This document shows, piece by piece, positions 1 through 9,237 of a stretch of DNA of 64,000 bases; position 1 is the first letter of the stretch; every line of letters begins with the position of its first letter. The translations under genes were made by a program, and so were the position numbers. The notes under the pieces were generated by a model. It saw only the letters and a list, made by a program, of their open reading frames with translations. It was not told the origin of the DNA and did no database searches. The stretch spans positions 6,087 to 70,086 of the forward strand of contig JAKAWT010000001.1 in assembly GCA_021816845.1 (NCBI GenBank), in the 5' to 3' direction. Origin of the DNA: a bacterium. GTDB taxonomy: Bacteria; Patescibacteriota; Dojkabacteria; JAKAPS01; JAJZLI01.

Positions 1-402
1 AAGAATAATAAAAAATCTCATAATAAACTTATTTTAGAATTTGCTGAATGGATGGATATTCAAATTGGCAATGATATTATAGCCGGACATAACCCATTTT
101 TTGATACCAGCTTCCTATTCTATTCATATAATAAATGTAAAATAATACCAACATTCCGTCATAGAATAGTAGATCTCCATTCAATATGTTATGCAAAAAT
201 ACTTAAAAATATAGAACTAAAAAATAATACAAATAGACTAACATCGAATGCTATATTCAATTATGTAGGACTTGACGATGAACCTAATCCACACAACGGT
301 CTTATGGGAGCCAAAATGGAGACAGAAGCATTATCACGCTTAATATTTGGAAAAAATATACTCTTAGAATTTAAAAAATTTAAAATACCAAAATATCTAT
401 AA
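1..402 (+). CDS. DEDDh-type 3'-5' exonuclease (DnaQ/oligoribonuclease-like), C-terminal part; 5' end lies outside the window
   Basis: Frame 1 is open from position 1. Exo III-like motif H-x-G-L-M-G-A-x-M-E-T (HNGLMGAKMETEAL) near the C-terminus. Confidence 0.45.
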   Translation, partial: KNNKKSHNKLILEFAEWMDIQIGNDIIAGHNPFFDTSFLFYSYNKCKIIPTFRHRIVDLHSICYAKILKNIELKNNTNRLTSNAIFNYVGLDDEPNPHNGLMGAKMETEALSRLIFGKNILLEFKKFKIPKYL

Positions 403-639
403 AATCATTATTAACCTGAACTAGCAATAGTTTATACTGAATTGATAGCATATCTATTGTTTTTGATCCCAAACATCCTTGACTCAAAAAAAATACTTTA
501 ATATCATTTATATACGGATACCTAGATATTACATTGTAATAATATCTATTACTATGGAATTTTTATGGGTAATTTATGATAATGACATAATTACGGTATT
601 CATTATAAAAATAGGACACAAGATACAAATACTAAAATT

Positions 640-1128
640 TTACTTATTCTTCCTATTCTCAAAATATGAACCAGTATATATGAAAAGTATACCAAATGCC
701 ATTGATAATATTGTAGATAATACAAATAATATCATCATTTCAAAAAAATATGATGAAGGAGTAAGGTATGTTATTGGAATACCTTGAGATTTGAATAAAT
801 GTTGGTTATTTTTTATTACTTGATTTTGATATATCCAAGGATGTGTCATAAGATCTATAATAAAAGTTAAAAGTGTACCCAATATTCCTGATATAAGATT
901 TAGAAAAACTGCGAAAAACACAATATTTTTCATAGAGAATTTAGCCCTTTGCATAAGATGTCCAACATACATGAAAAATAGTATAAAACCTATAAGTATA
1001 AACAAAGAAATTATATCGGGAACTATTGTCTTATATAAAATATCATCTATAAAGGTTAAAACTAAGTAGACTATTAAAAACCCCACACCATATAACTTTC
1101 TTGACATAACATTAATAGATAAATTCAA
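640..1128 (-). CDS. polytopic membrane protein of unknown function (paralog of 1163..1633)
   Basis: 162 aa with 4-5 hydrophobic helices. Shares a T(E/H)PW(V/I)Y motif and overall architecture with the adjacent ORF. Confidence 0.45.
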   Translation of the reverse strand: MNLSINVMSRKLYGVGFLIVYLVLTFIDDILYKTIVPDIISLFILIGFILFFMYVGHLMQRAKFSMKNIVFFAVFLNLISGILGTLLTFIIDLMTHPWIYQNQVIKNNQHLFKSQGIPITYLTPSSYFFEMMILFVLSTILSMAFGILFIYTGSYFENRKNK

Positions 1129-1162
1129 AAATTATTTAATCCAATGATCTGGTTCCTAGAAA

Positions 1163-1633
1163 TTAGTTTCTAGTTTTTGTATATTCATGGATTTTAGTGC
1201 CCATATATACAAATGCCAGATAAAATATAGTTAAAATCACTAGGTCCAATATGAATGACATAGATATTTGACCGTAAAAAGCTGTCTGAGATATTGATTC
1301 TATACTTTTATGGTTTATCGAATAATATAAATTAGAGAAATATACCCAGGGTTCTGTATATGAATCTATAAAGACTATAGTTACAAAACCAAGTATCTTT
1401 GTTGCAAAAATTACTAAAAATGCATATAAATAAGGTTCCATTTTAATATATTTTTTAAAATAGAAACCAAAATATACAAAAAACAATATAGAGACAACAA
1501 TCATAAAATAATATAATATTTCAGATAAAATAGTAGTCTGATAGAAAATCCCAGTAAAAATTGATACAAGAATATTTAGAAGAAAATATAGAATTATATA
1601 CCTTTGGATCAACCCTCTTTTTATGTTTCTCAT
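1163..1633 (-). CDS. polytopic membrane protein of unknown function (paralog of 640..1128)
   Basis: 156 aa, multiple TM helices, TEPWVY motif; tandem paralog. Confidence 0.45.
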   Translation of the reverse strand: MRNIKRGLIQRYIILYFLLNILVSIFTGIFYQTTILSEILYYFMIVVSILFFVYFGFYFKKYIKMEPYLYAFLVIFATKILGFVTIVFIDSYTEPWVYFSNLYYSINHKSIESISQTAFYGQISMSFILDLVILTIFYLAFVYMGTKIHEYTKTRN

Positions 1634-1730
1634 TAGATATAATTATTACATAACTGGGTATTAATATACAATACAACTCTAACAAAATTCACTGCAGAAA
1701 TTCAATTTTTATTTGATAAAGATAATAGAC

Positions 1731-3062
1731 TTATTTAAATATATAGAAATCCCCAGATAGGTTATCTGCATAAAATTTACCATTTGCATAAAACATACCA
1801 CCTACTGCAACCTTCCCTCCTGTAGTACGAGTAGCTAAATATTTACCTGTATTTTTATTATATACCTGAATATTTCCAAGACCGTTATCAAAATAAAGAA
1901 GATTACCAACTACAATGAAAGGTTTATTATTTAACCCAGCTGAGTGGATAGACCATATTATCTTTCCTGTACTTGTATTTACTGCGAGAATCTTTTGTGT
2001 TGCAGTAGACCCAACATAAACTATATTACCACTTATTGTAGGAACACTTCCTATCATTTGTGCACCATTAGGTAAATTCAAAGGTCCGTAGCCTTCATTT
2101 AGTGACCATACTATAGACCCTGTATTAGCATTTATTTTATACAAATACTCATATCCAGAGTTAGTCTTATCACTAACTAGTTTTGCTGCATCAGTGTAAA
2201 TATAACCGTTTGAATATGCAGGTATTACATCATCAAGCCCTTCATTAATTCCAATTTTTCCAAAATTGTTTTTCCATACTATTTGATGTGTTTGAATATT
2301 CACATCAAATAAATAGTAAGGATAAGAACCTCCAAAATATAGATTATTACCAACCAGAAGTGGAGATGCTTGTGAAGATATTGATCCATAATCTAGACTC
2401 CATAATACTTTTCCAGTACTAACATCAAGTGCATATAACATTCTATTTCCACCTATCGTATAAATCACTCCATTTTTGTATGCAGGGGTTGGTTTTCTTT
2501 GACCATTATTGACCGTAAATTTCCACAGAATCTTACCACTACTAATATCCAAAGCATAAACACCACTTAATCCAGTACCTCTATTAAAAGTGGTTTTAGA
2601 TGTTTTGAAAAACTCATCATTTCCTGTACTAACAATAACTAAGCCTAGTTGAGATAATACTAAAGGGTTATTCATTACAAGATTAGGAAAGTTTGTCTTC
2701 CATAGAATCTTCCCAGTATTGTTATCTATTTTTACTGTAGCACCCTGATAATTAGGGTTAGACACCCCATATGTTTGGAAGTAATTAGCTGTATCCAAAA
2801 AAGAGTAATCTCCTGAAACTACCGGTTGAGAAAAAAATGGAAGTCCATAATTTTTACTTAATACAACATTCTCTAAATATGTTTCTGTCTTCTTTACTAC
2901 AGAATTATTCCCCTCACTCCCATAAGCTGAAGAGACATTACCAGTATAGTAAGCAGTATGTGGTTTCAATATAACAGGCTTTTTAGTTACCAAAGACACC
3001 ACAACAACCAATGCTACTACTAACAAAACAGCAATAATGTATTTTTTATTATTTATTCTCAT
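1731..3062 (-). CDS. membrane-anchored PQQ-like beta-propeller repeat protein (BamB-like fold)
   Basis: N-terminal TM helix. Repeated G-K-(I/V)-(L/I)-W-(K/S) blade motifs (GKILWKT, GKVLWSL, GSIVWSL, GKIIWSI). Confidence 0.6.
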   Translation of the reverse strand: MRINNKKYIIAVLLVVALVVVVSLVTKKPVILKPHTAYYTGNVSSAYGSEGNNSVVKKTETYLENVVLSKNYGLPFFSQPVVSGDYSFLDTANYFQTYGVSNPNYQGATVKIDNNTGKILWKTNFPNLVMNNPLVLSQLGLVIVSTGNDEFFKTSKTTFNRGTGLSGVYALDISSGKILWKFTVNNGQRKPTPAYKNGVIYTIGGNRMLYALDVSTGKVLWSLDYGSISSQASPLLVGNNLYFGGSYPYYLFDVNIQTHQIVWKNNFGKIGINEGLDDVIPAYSNGYIYTDAAKLVSDKTNSGYEYLYKINANTGSIVWSLNEGYGPLNLPNGAQMIGSVPTISGNIVYVGSTATQKILAVNTSTGKIIWSIHSAGLNNKPFIVVGNLLYFDNGLGNIQVYNKNTGKYLATRTTGGKVAVGGMFYANGKFYADNLSGDFYIFK

Positions 3063-3499
3063 CTACTGATTATATATACATTTATAAAATAAAAAAAGTT
3101 TCACATATAAATGGAATATTTCATCTAAGTCTAAAATTCTCTTTCCATATAATCCTTAACCAATTATCTGAATATTCCTTTACATCAGTCATGCTATGGT
3201 TTGAGTATATAAGTACTTGCGTATTTGTACCATAGATATATTTTTGAGATATTTACCCTTATTGATTAGTATAGCTCTAAAATAGAATTCTTGATAAAAC
3301 TTAAGGACGCATTGATATATATTTTTTGGATAATTTAAAAATAATTTTCTAGATTCTTCAGCTGGTTCTGTCTTTAAACTCATATACTAATGTTTTATGT
3401 AGATTATAAGGAGACTTTCTGTTAATATTTCAATACCAAGTATAATTCATATACCAAAATTATAGTATTTCCCCTTCAAGAAAATTCCTTCTAAAAAAT

Positions 3500-4162
3500 T
3501 TATTCTATATAAAATACTATTGTTATTTCTCCTTTTATAGAAGTTTTACCTTTGTAGTATTCATATACCTTGGTTATATCTCCACTTTTAATATCCTCAT
3601 GCATTTTGGATATTTCTCTAGCTACAGTGATTTTTAGATTGGGATAATTTTTTTTCAAGATTGATAATGTCTTCAATATTCTATAAGGAGATTCAAAACA
3701 TATGCATGTGATACCTTTATATTGATCAATAAGACTAACCAACTTATTTTCTTTTTTTGAGAGAAATCCTAAGAATATAAATTTATCAGTGGGAAGACCA
3801 GAATAAATTAAAGCTGGCAATATACTTGATGCCCCAGGCAAAACTTCATATTTTATATCTTGTAATTTAAGTTCCCTTATAAGCTTATATCCTGGATCTG
3901 AAATTAATGGCATACCAGCATCTGATACAATTCCTACATTTTTTAAAAGTTTAATCTCTCCCACAATATCATAAATTAATCTTTCTTCGTTATGCTCTGT
4001 ATATCTTCGTAATTCATTTATCTTAATATCATAACATTTCAACATAAGATTGGTCCTTTGAGGATTTTCACAATACAATACATCTAGTGACTTCAGTACC
4101 TCTTTTGCTCTATCAGTGATATCTTTCAAATTTCCTATTGGCGTGGGAATTATATAAAACAT
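3500..4162 (-). CDS. rsmI: 16S rRNA (cytidine1402-2'-O)-methyltransferase RsmI-like (tetrapyrrole methylase fold)
   Basis: MFYIIPTPIGN N-terminus and GIVSDAGMPLISDPG motif typical of RsmI; 4-bp overlap with glyQS. Confidence 0.7.
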   Translation of the reverse strand: MFYIIPTPIGNLKDITDRAKEVLKSLDVLYCENPQRTNLMLKCYDIKINELRRYTEHNEERLIYDIVGEIKLLKNVGIVSDAGMPLISDPGYKLIRELKLQDIKYEVLPGASSILPALIYSGLPTDKFIFLGFLSKKENKLVSLIDQYKGITCICFESPYRILKTLSILKKNYPNLKITVAREISKMHEDIKSGDITKVYEYYKGKTSIKGEITIVFYIE

Positions 4163-5502
4163 GAGTCTAGGTATGAATCTATATCAGCTATTTTTATCCT
4201 TTCTTGTTCAGTTGTATCTCTGTCTCTTACTGTTACCATGTTATCATCTAGAGTTTGCACATCAAATGTTATACATTTTGGTGTACCTATCTCATCCTGT
4301 CTCCTATACCTTTTTCCAATAGACCCAGCATCATCATATACTACTCTATATTTAAACTTCAAAAGATTATATAGATCTAGTGCCATTTTATCTATCTTTC
4401 CATCTTTAAGCAGAGGAAATATACCTATCTGATATGGAGATAGTCTGTGTGATAATTTTAAAAATATCCTCTTCCTTCCATTAACTTCCTCCTCTCTATA
4501 ACCGTTAACAAGTAGTGCTAAAATCAATCTATCCAAACCAATGGATGGTTCAATTACAAACGGAATAAAACTTTCTCTTTTTTCTTGATCATTATAATTT
4601 AAGTTTTTTCCTGACGCTTGGGAATGCTTAGTAAGATCATAATCTCCTCTATTTGCAAATGATTCAAGCTCTTTAAATCCAAAAGGAAAATTAAAATATA
4701 TATCTATCGTCTTTTTTGAATAATGAGCTCTTTGGTTTTCATCTAATTCAACATATTTAAGGTTTTTTTTGTGTATCCCTATATGGGAGTACCATTTTTC
4801 AGTATACTTTAAAAGCTCATCAAAATATTTATCAGCATCCCTTGGATTTATGAAATATTCAATCTCTAATTGTTCAAATTCTAACGTTCTAAATATAAAA
4901 TTTCCTGCAGTAATCTCATTTCTAAACACCTTACCAATTTGTGCAACTCCAAAAGGTATTTTTACCCTACTGCTTTTTAAAATGTTATCAAAATTAATAA
5001 AAATCCCTTGTGCAGTTTCCGGTCTTAAAAAAACTGTCTCACCATTATCTTCTAAAGAACCTAGCGTTGTCTTAAACATCATGTTGAAATTTCTTACTTT
5101 AGTAAAACTCCCTCCACATACCTCACATTTAATATTATTCTCAAATATGAGTTTATCCATATCTTCATTTTTTAAACCTTCAGCCTTAATATTTAATTTT
5201 TCTTCTAATATCTGATCTGCTCTAAATCTTTTTTTGCATTTTAAACAATCAATAAGTGGATCATGAAAATGATCAACATGACCAGAGGCCTCCCATACTT
5301 TTGAACTTTGTAAAATTGAAGAATCTAATAAGACTATATCATCCCTAGACGTTACAAAAAACTTAATCCATTCATTCTTAATGTTATTTTTAAGTAAAGT
5401 CCCTAGAGGACCATAATCCCAAGAATTTGCGAGACCACCATAAATTCCTGACGACTGGAACAGAAAACCTCTTCTTTTAGCTAAAGATACTATGTTATCC
5501 AT
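4150..5502 (-). CDS. glyQS: glycine--tRNA ligase, alpha2 (single-chain) type
   Basis: 450 aa; class II aaRS motifs and a C-terminal anticodon-binding domain (FDVQTLDDNMVTVRDRDT); typical size and sequence of dimeric GlyRS. Confidence 0.85.
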   Translation of the reverse strand: MDNIVSLAKRRGFLFQSSGIYGGLANSWDYGPLGTLLKNNIKNEWIKFFVTSRDDIVLLDSSILQSSKVWEASGHVDHFHDPLIDCLKCKKRFRADQILEEKLNIKAEGLKNEDMDKLIFENNIKCEVCGGSFTKVRNFNMMFKTTLGSLEDNGETVFLRPETAQGIFINFDNILKSSRVKIPFGVAQIGKVFRNEITAGNFIFRTLEFEQLEIEYFINPRDADKYFDELLKYTEKWYSHIGIHKKNLKYVELDENQRAHYSKKTIDIYFNFPFGFKELESFANRGDYDLTKHSQASGKNLNYNDQEKRESFIPFVIEPSIGLDRLILALLVNGYREEEVNGRKRIFLKLSHRLSPYQIGIFPLLKDGKIDKMALDLYNLLKFKYRVVYDDAGSIGKRYRRQDEIGTPKCITFDVQTLDDNMVTVRDRDTTEQERIKIADIDSYLDSCFI

Positions 5503-5510
5503 ATATTTAG

Positions 5511-5538
5511 ATTATACCAATCTAGATTGTACACAATC
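5511..5538 (-). promoter_or_regulatory. putative promoter of glyQS: -10 TATAAT (5511-5516, minus) only 8 nt from the ATG (leaderless-type), overlapped upstream by hairpin AGATTG-TACA-CAATCT
   Basis: The reverse complement reads TATAAT with the glyQS ATG at 5500-5502. The palindrome at 5523-5538 overlaps the -35 position. Confidence 0.35.
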
Positions 5539-5547
5539 TTTAGCGTA

Positions 5548-5605
5548 TAGTCTAGGATATAAGTACCTAAGGTACAAGTACCTAGGGTACAAGTACCTAG
5601 GTAAT
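5548..5605. repeat. tandem array of about 3.5 copies of a 15-bp unit AAGTACCTAGGGTAC, rich in nested palindromes (GTAC, CCTAGG, GGTACC)
   Basis: Direct reading: aagtacctaaggtac / aagtacctagggtac / aagtacctaggta, with a partial copy upstream. Intergenic, upstream of glyQS on the minus strand. Confidence 0.6.
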
Positions 5606-5650
5606 AATCGAAAATTCAAAAATACTAACAACAGTTCAAGATCATAATTT

Positions 5651-6268
5651 CTACAACATTTTAGACTGTTTTCTTAGAAAATCTTTTACCTCATCCCAGT
5701 TTACATTGTATATAAGATTGATTGGAGTCTCATCTTCATCAGCAATATCAAAAAATGTTAGGGATTTTATATAGTGAAACTCATTCAAACTACTTTCACT
5801 AAACTTTTTATGAAAAACATCAAACAAATCTGTTATTGAATAATAATCCTTTAAAATAAAATAGAGATCATAAAAATCTTTTTTTACTCCCCTACTCCCA
5901 ATCGCTATGATCTTCATAAGGGCAATATCTTTTATTGATGCTAAATAAATACCTTTATACATTTTTCTCTTATCAACTAAGGGGTATTGGTAAAGAAAAA
6001 AACTTATCTCACAACCATCTGTAAATCCACGTAAGCTACCATCCGTTATAGTAACATCATGTAATTTAAATACCTTGTCAAGAGATTTTAATAAAACTGG
6101 ACTTTTGAATATATCAGGTGTAAAAAAATCCAAATCATAAGAAATTCTATGTCCAATTTGTAAAGATAAAGCTGTTCCTCAAGCAAGGTAGAAATTATTT
6201 ACAGCTTTGATATCTTTTAGTAAGGCCAGAGCACTTTTTGCTCCGGTATTGACTGTTTTGTCAAACAT
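5651..6268 (-). pseudogene. AbiEii/DUF1814-family nucleotidyltransferase (type IV TA toxin-like), disrupted by an in-frame TGA
   Basis: In the frame of the 160-aa ORF, ATG at 6266-6268 gives MFDKTVNTGAKSALALLKDIKAVNNFYLA*GTALSLQIGHRISYDLDFF... The TGA sits where the first Gly of the GGTAL motif is expected. The C-terminal KKDFYDLYFILKDY matches the family's conserved KDxYDLyyLL block. Confidence 0.5.
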
Positions 6269-6510
6269 AAAATTGGCTTTGAAATATTAAAGTAATTTTT
6301 AAAAAAATATGCTGTACGTCTACTGATTTCAGAAGAATGAATGATTGCATCAATTATTTCTTCATCTGAAAACAATTTTTGGATTTTTTTAAAATCTTCT
6401 AAAGTTCCATGATCTAATACTCTGCCTATGATATAGTTTTTATTCTTATGAATATCTAATTCATCAAACTTTGCATCATAAAGATACCTTTTAAATTCTT
6501 GAGGAATCAT
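6217..6510 (-). CDS. hypothetical protein overlapping the 5' end of the AbiEii-like pseudogene; possible cognate antitoxin, or a reading-frame artefact
   Basis: 97-aa ORF in a different frame, overlapping 6217-6268. No recognisable motif. Confidence 0.25.
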   Translation of the reverse strand: MIPQEFKRYLYDAKFDELDIHKNKNYIIGRVLDHGTLEDFKKIQKLFSDEEIIDAIIHSSEISRRTAYFFKNYFNISKPILCLTKQSIPEQKVLWPY

Positions 6511-6572
6511 ACTATTATTATAACAAATGGCTTCATAATAAACAATAAATTATATCTTCTATAAAAATAAGA

Positions 6573-7289
6573 TTATAAAATATAATTCTTTGATAATAAT
6601 TTTATATCAAATGACGATTCTAACAAATTTGTAGAAAATAATAAAATTTCCTTTAACACTGTCTCTTTAATATCAAATCCTAAATGAGGTGCTTTCAAAT
6701 CCAAATCTTTTATATACCTAAGAAGTTTTACTGTATCAATAGAGATTGGATAACCTCTAACATTGTATTCTCTAAGATCACATCCAAAATGTGATATACC
6801 CATCATGGATGATATGTTCTGGATATCAACTTCCAACGGTTTCAAGCATACAAAACAGTTTGTAAAATCTGATAATAAACCTTCATACAGCAGTGTTTTT
6901 ATGTTAAACAGTGATATATACAAATCTTGGTTTTTATAAAGGTTGGATAATGTAAAATTCAAAAGATCAAATAACTGACTTTCGTCCTGATCTACCCTAT
7001 CAATTTTAGATATGACCTCTAAAGGGTAAAAAATATATAATGAAGATTTATCTTTTGAAAGATGGAAAGAATTTCTCATAGATATTGTTGTTATAATATC
7101 TAATCCTTTACTTTTTATAGTCTGGAATTCTATATAGTTTGCAAGATCCAATAAGTTAGCCCTTTTACCTGATTTTGCACCCTTTGCTATTACACTCAGT
7201 TTTCCCTTTTTTGTAAAAATTGTGAGGATTTTATCATTATCTTTAAAATCAACCTGTTTTATAATAAAACCATTTTCTAAATTTTGCAT
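6573..7289 (-). CDS. recO: DNA repair protein RecO
   Basis: N-terminal OB-fold region (FIIKQVDFKDNDKILTIFTKKGKLSVIAKGAKS) and a C-terminal Cys-containing region typical of RecO. Confidence 0.7.
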   Translation of the reverse strand: MQNLENGFIIKQVDFKDNDKILTIFTKKGKLSVIAKGAKSGKRANLLDLANYIEFQTIKSKGLDIITTISMRNSFHLSKDKSSLYIFYPLEVISKIDRVDQDESQLFDLLNFTLSNLYKNQDLYISLFNIKTLLYEGLLSDFTNCFVCLKPLEVDIQNISSMMGISHFGCDLREYNVRGYPISIDTVKLLRYIKDLDLKAPHLGFDIKETVLKEILLFSTNLLESSFDIKLLSKNYIL

Positions 7290-7290
7290 A

Positions 7291-9237
7291 CTATAAATTT
7301 ATTGATAGATCCTTTGTTATATAGAATGATTTATTCAAGGATGTAGATCCTGATCCAGAGGATCCTGATCCAGATTCAAAATTAATCTTCTCCCATTCTC
7401 CTTTAATTCCTGGTTGCTTTTGAATTAAATAATGAGTCATATTAATTCCTTTAGGTAGATAGTATGTTATTGTCATGGTACCCTTTGCTGGAGGATCTGA
7501 CTTTGAAAGACGAGGAAGTATCCTTATATGGTTACCAAAAACTGTTTTTCCTACAGTTGTATTGTTATAATCCTGCGTGAATCCATCAACGCCTTTCATA
7601 GATATTAGGGTGGATCCAAGAGGAACATAAATCCTAACCCACGCCATATATGGACCTACAAGCCAATTATCATATATAGCTGGATTAGTCCAAGTTATAC
7701 TAACACTCTGCTCATATCTACCATTTGATGCTTTTTTAATATTTGAAACCACCGTCTCTCCCATAAAATAATTATCTTTAGCTCCTGCAAGGTTTGCTTC
7801 CACTACCTGAAGATAATCACCTTTTACGGAGGTTGGTATTACCCCTCCCCAGTTATAATGGTTAATTAGATTCTCAGTCTTTGGGTTATTGAAATATAAT
7901 AAGATTTGTTTTTGATCAAGAGAATCAAAAACTGTTTTAATAACATTTGTTAAAGTATTACCTGTAGAATGAAACACTTTTGTTATAAGTTCATGCATCA
8001 TGACTGAAATAAAATCTTTTCTTTCATTTTGAGGAAGATTAGATTTTTCAGCCATATATTCCATATAGTAATTAGCATTATTAGATGTTAAAACAAGATT
8101 ATTCCCATATAAACTTGGCATTGTAATATTTCCAACAGCTTTTATCAGAGAATCTACAAACCATGTATTTATAAAAATAACCCCATTAATTTGTGGAGCT
8201 CTAGGTATTGAATTATAGAATTTATATATATTAGCTACAGATGTTGGAACATTAGGAGAAGTATTTGCATCCCTTAGATGCCAGTGGTAAGTTCCGTTAT
8301 AAACATATAATGGTTTTGGAGCAAGAGGTACGTAATGGACTACGTTTGATAGAGCATAAATATTTTGAGCTGATATTTGGCCTAAATTTCCATTATTAAA
8401 ATTAATAAATCCAAAGGCAGTCATAAAACCTCCCGTAGGTCTAATTTCGCCTGAATTTTGGAACATCAGAAGATACCTCGTAGGGGTAGGTACACCTAAT
8501 GCATTTTCAATAACATTTACTGATCTATCAAAGATTGGTAAATTTAACGATATACCGGAAAAAATACTTTTTAAAGAAGATAAGGTTATACCATGAGACT
8601 TTAATAAAGATTCTGGGAAATAATTAGGATTTATCTTTTGTATATATAAATTTGCTTTTGTAAAATATGGATCAGCTGTATCCAAGGCTGGACCAAGTTT
8701 TGGTAAGGAATGTACAAATGCAGATATCTTTTGTTTTCCAGATAGAACCTGTGCTGATTTTTGAGTACTTGTTTGATATCCATCTAGTGTTGCTAGATTT
8801 GACAAAGATGGCATCAAGGTTTGCAACCCAGAAACAGCATAATATCCCCCATCAAGTAAATCTACAGCATTGTTATAATATCCACTCGCTATGGGCACAA
8901 TAGAAAGATACCCTAAAGTTCTTAAATTCGACTGCATAGAGATTATATTAGACTTAATTGTAGGTACTTCACTAGAAATCCCAACAAAATCTTTTGATTT
9001 CTGATAAGTTTTTGCTTTCTCAATATTGGAATATAGAATATCAAAGTTACTTTTTAAAGATAAAAGAGGAAGAACTAGAAAGAAAACTAATAGTATTATT
9101 AATACTACAACAAAGGACACAGTAGCAATAAACCACCTTTTTTTTATAAAGGCCCATTTTTGTTTAGGCTGATATTGAGCTAAATTTATAACTGTCATAA
9201 CTGATTTAGTAAGCTCCTCTTTTTGAGAAAACTGCAA
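7291..9237 (-). CDS. large membrane-anchored extracytoplasmic protein, possibly DUF4012 family (associated with polysaccharide clusters)
   Basis: 648 aa. N-terminal TM helix at about residues 33-58. C-terminal SGSGSSGSGS linker encoded by GGATCC-type palindromes. Sits first in a sugar transferase/GT4 cluster. Confidence 0.4.
   Translation of the reverse strand: MQFSQKEELTKSVMTVINLAQYQPKQKWAFIKKRWFIATVSFVVVLIILLVFFLVLPLLSLKSNFDILYSNIEKAKTYQKSKDFVGISSEVPTIKSNIISMQSNLRTLGYLSIVPIASGYYNNAVDLLDGGYYAVSGLQTLMPSLSNLATLDGYQTSTQKSAQVLSGKQKISAFVHSLPKLGPALDTADPYFTKANLYIQKINPNYFPESLLKSHGITLSSLKSIFSGISLNLPIFDRSVNVIENALGVPTPTRYLLMFQNSGEIRPTGGFMTAFGFINFNNGNLGQISAQNIYALSNVVHYVPLAPKPLYVYNGTYHWHLRDANTSPNVPTSVANIYKFYNSIPRAPQINGVIFINTWFVDSLIKAVGNITMPSLYGNNLVLTSNNANYYMEYMAEKSNLPQNERKDFISVMMHELITKVFHSTGNTLTNVIKTVFDSLDQKQILLYFNNPKTENLINHYNWGGVIPTSVKGDYLQVVEANLAGAKDNYFMGETVVSNIKKASNGRYEQSVSITWTNPAIYDNWLVGPYMAWVRIYVPLGSTLISMKGVDGFTQDYNNTTVGKTVFGNHIRILPRLSKSDPPAKGTMTITYYLPKGINMTHYLIQKQPGIKGEWEKINFESGSGSSGSGSTSLNKSFYITKDLSINL

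Noticed and set aside
479-787. 102-aa plus-strand ORF
   Set aside because: It overlaps the convergent 3' ends of two genes and the 640..1128 membrane-protein gene. The region is full of small hairpins (TTACATTGTAA; GTAAT-N6-ATTAC), more consistent with bidirectional termination than coding.
3189-3383. 64-aa ORF inside the 437-bp rsmI-to-PQQ-gene spacer
   Set aside because: No SD and no recognisable features, and its composition matches non-coding DNA. The unusually long spacer itself may hold regulatory or ncRNA elements, but none could be recognised by eye.
4238-5215. Antisense ORFs inside glyQS (4238..4432 and 4769..5215), and similar shadow ORFs elsewhere: 8667..8903, 10642..10992, 11775..12026, 12184..12396, 12910..13252, 13500..13808, 13971..14369, 15931..16743, 16941..17198, 18515..19211, 19371..19742, 20247..20621, 21639..21845, 22845..23042, 24365..24565, 25454..25690, 26027..26530, 28392..28607, 31698..31931, 34598..34786, 35198..35431, 36628..36897, 37616..37828, 38861..39181, 42568..42834, 43424..43672, 45352..45940, 46290..46731, 48012..48248, 49012..49293, 49825..50031, 50863..51242, 52379..53421, 54933..55145, 56422..56664, 59888..60232, 61542..62120, 63194..63530
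   Set aside because: They lie opposite or overlapping strongly supported conserved genes, have low-complexity or Ile/Phe/Leu-rich translations typical of AT-rich shadow frames, and lack ribosome-binding sites.
6182-6190. In-frame TGA at a conserved Gly codon position (GGTAL motif), which could indicate UGA-to-Gly recoding (genetic code 25) as in some CPR lineages
   Set aside because: All long conserved genes in the window are uninterrupted under the standard code, and TGA terminates at least three of them (secA, serS, galE). Recoding would have fragmented many ORFs, so a nonsense mutation or pseudogene is the simpler reading.
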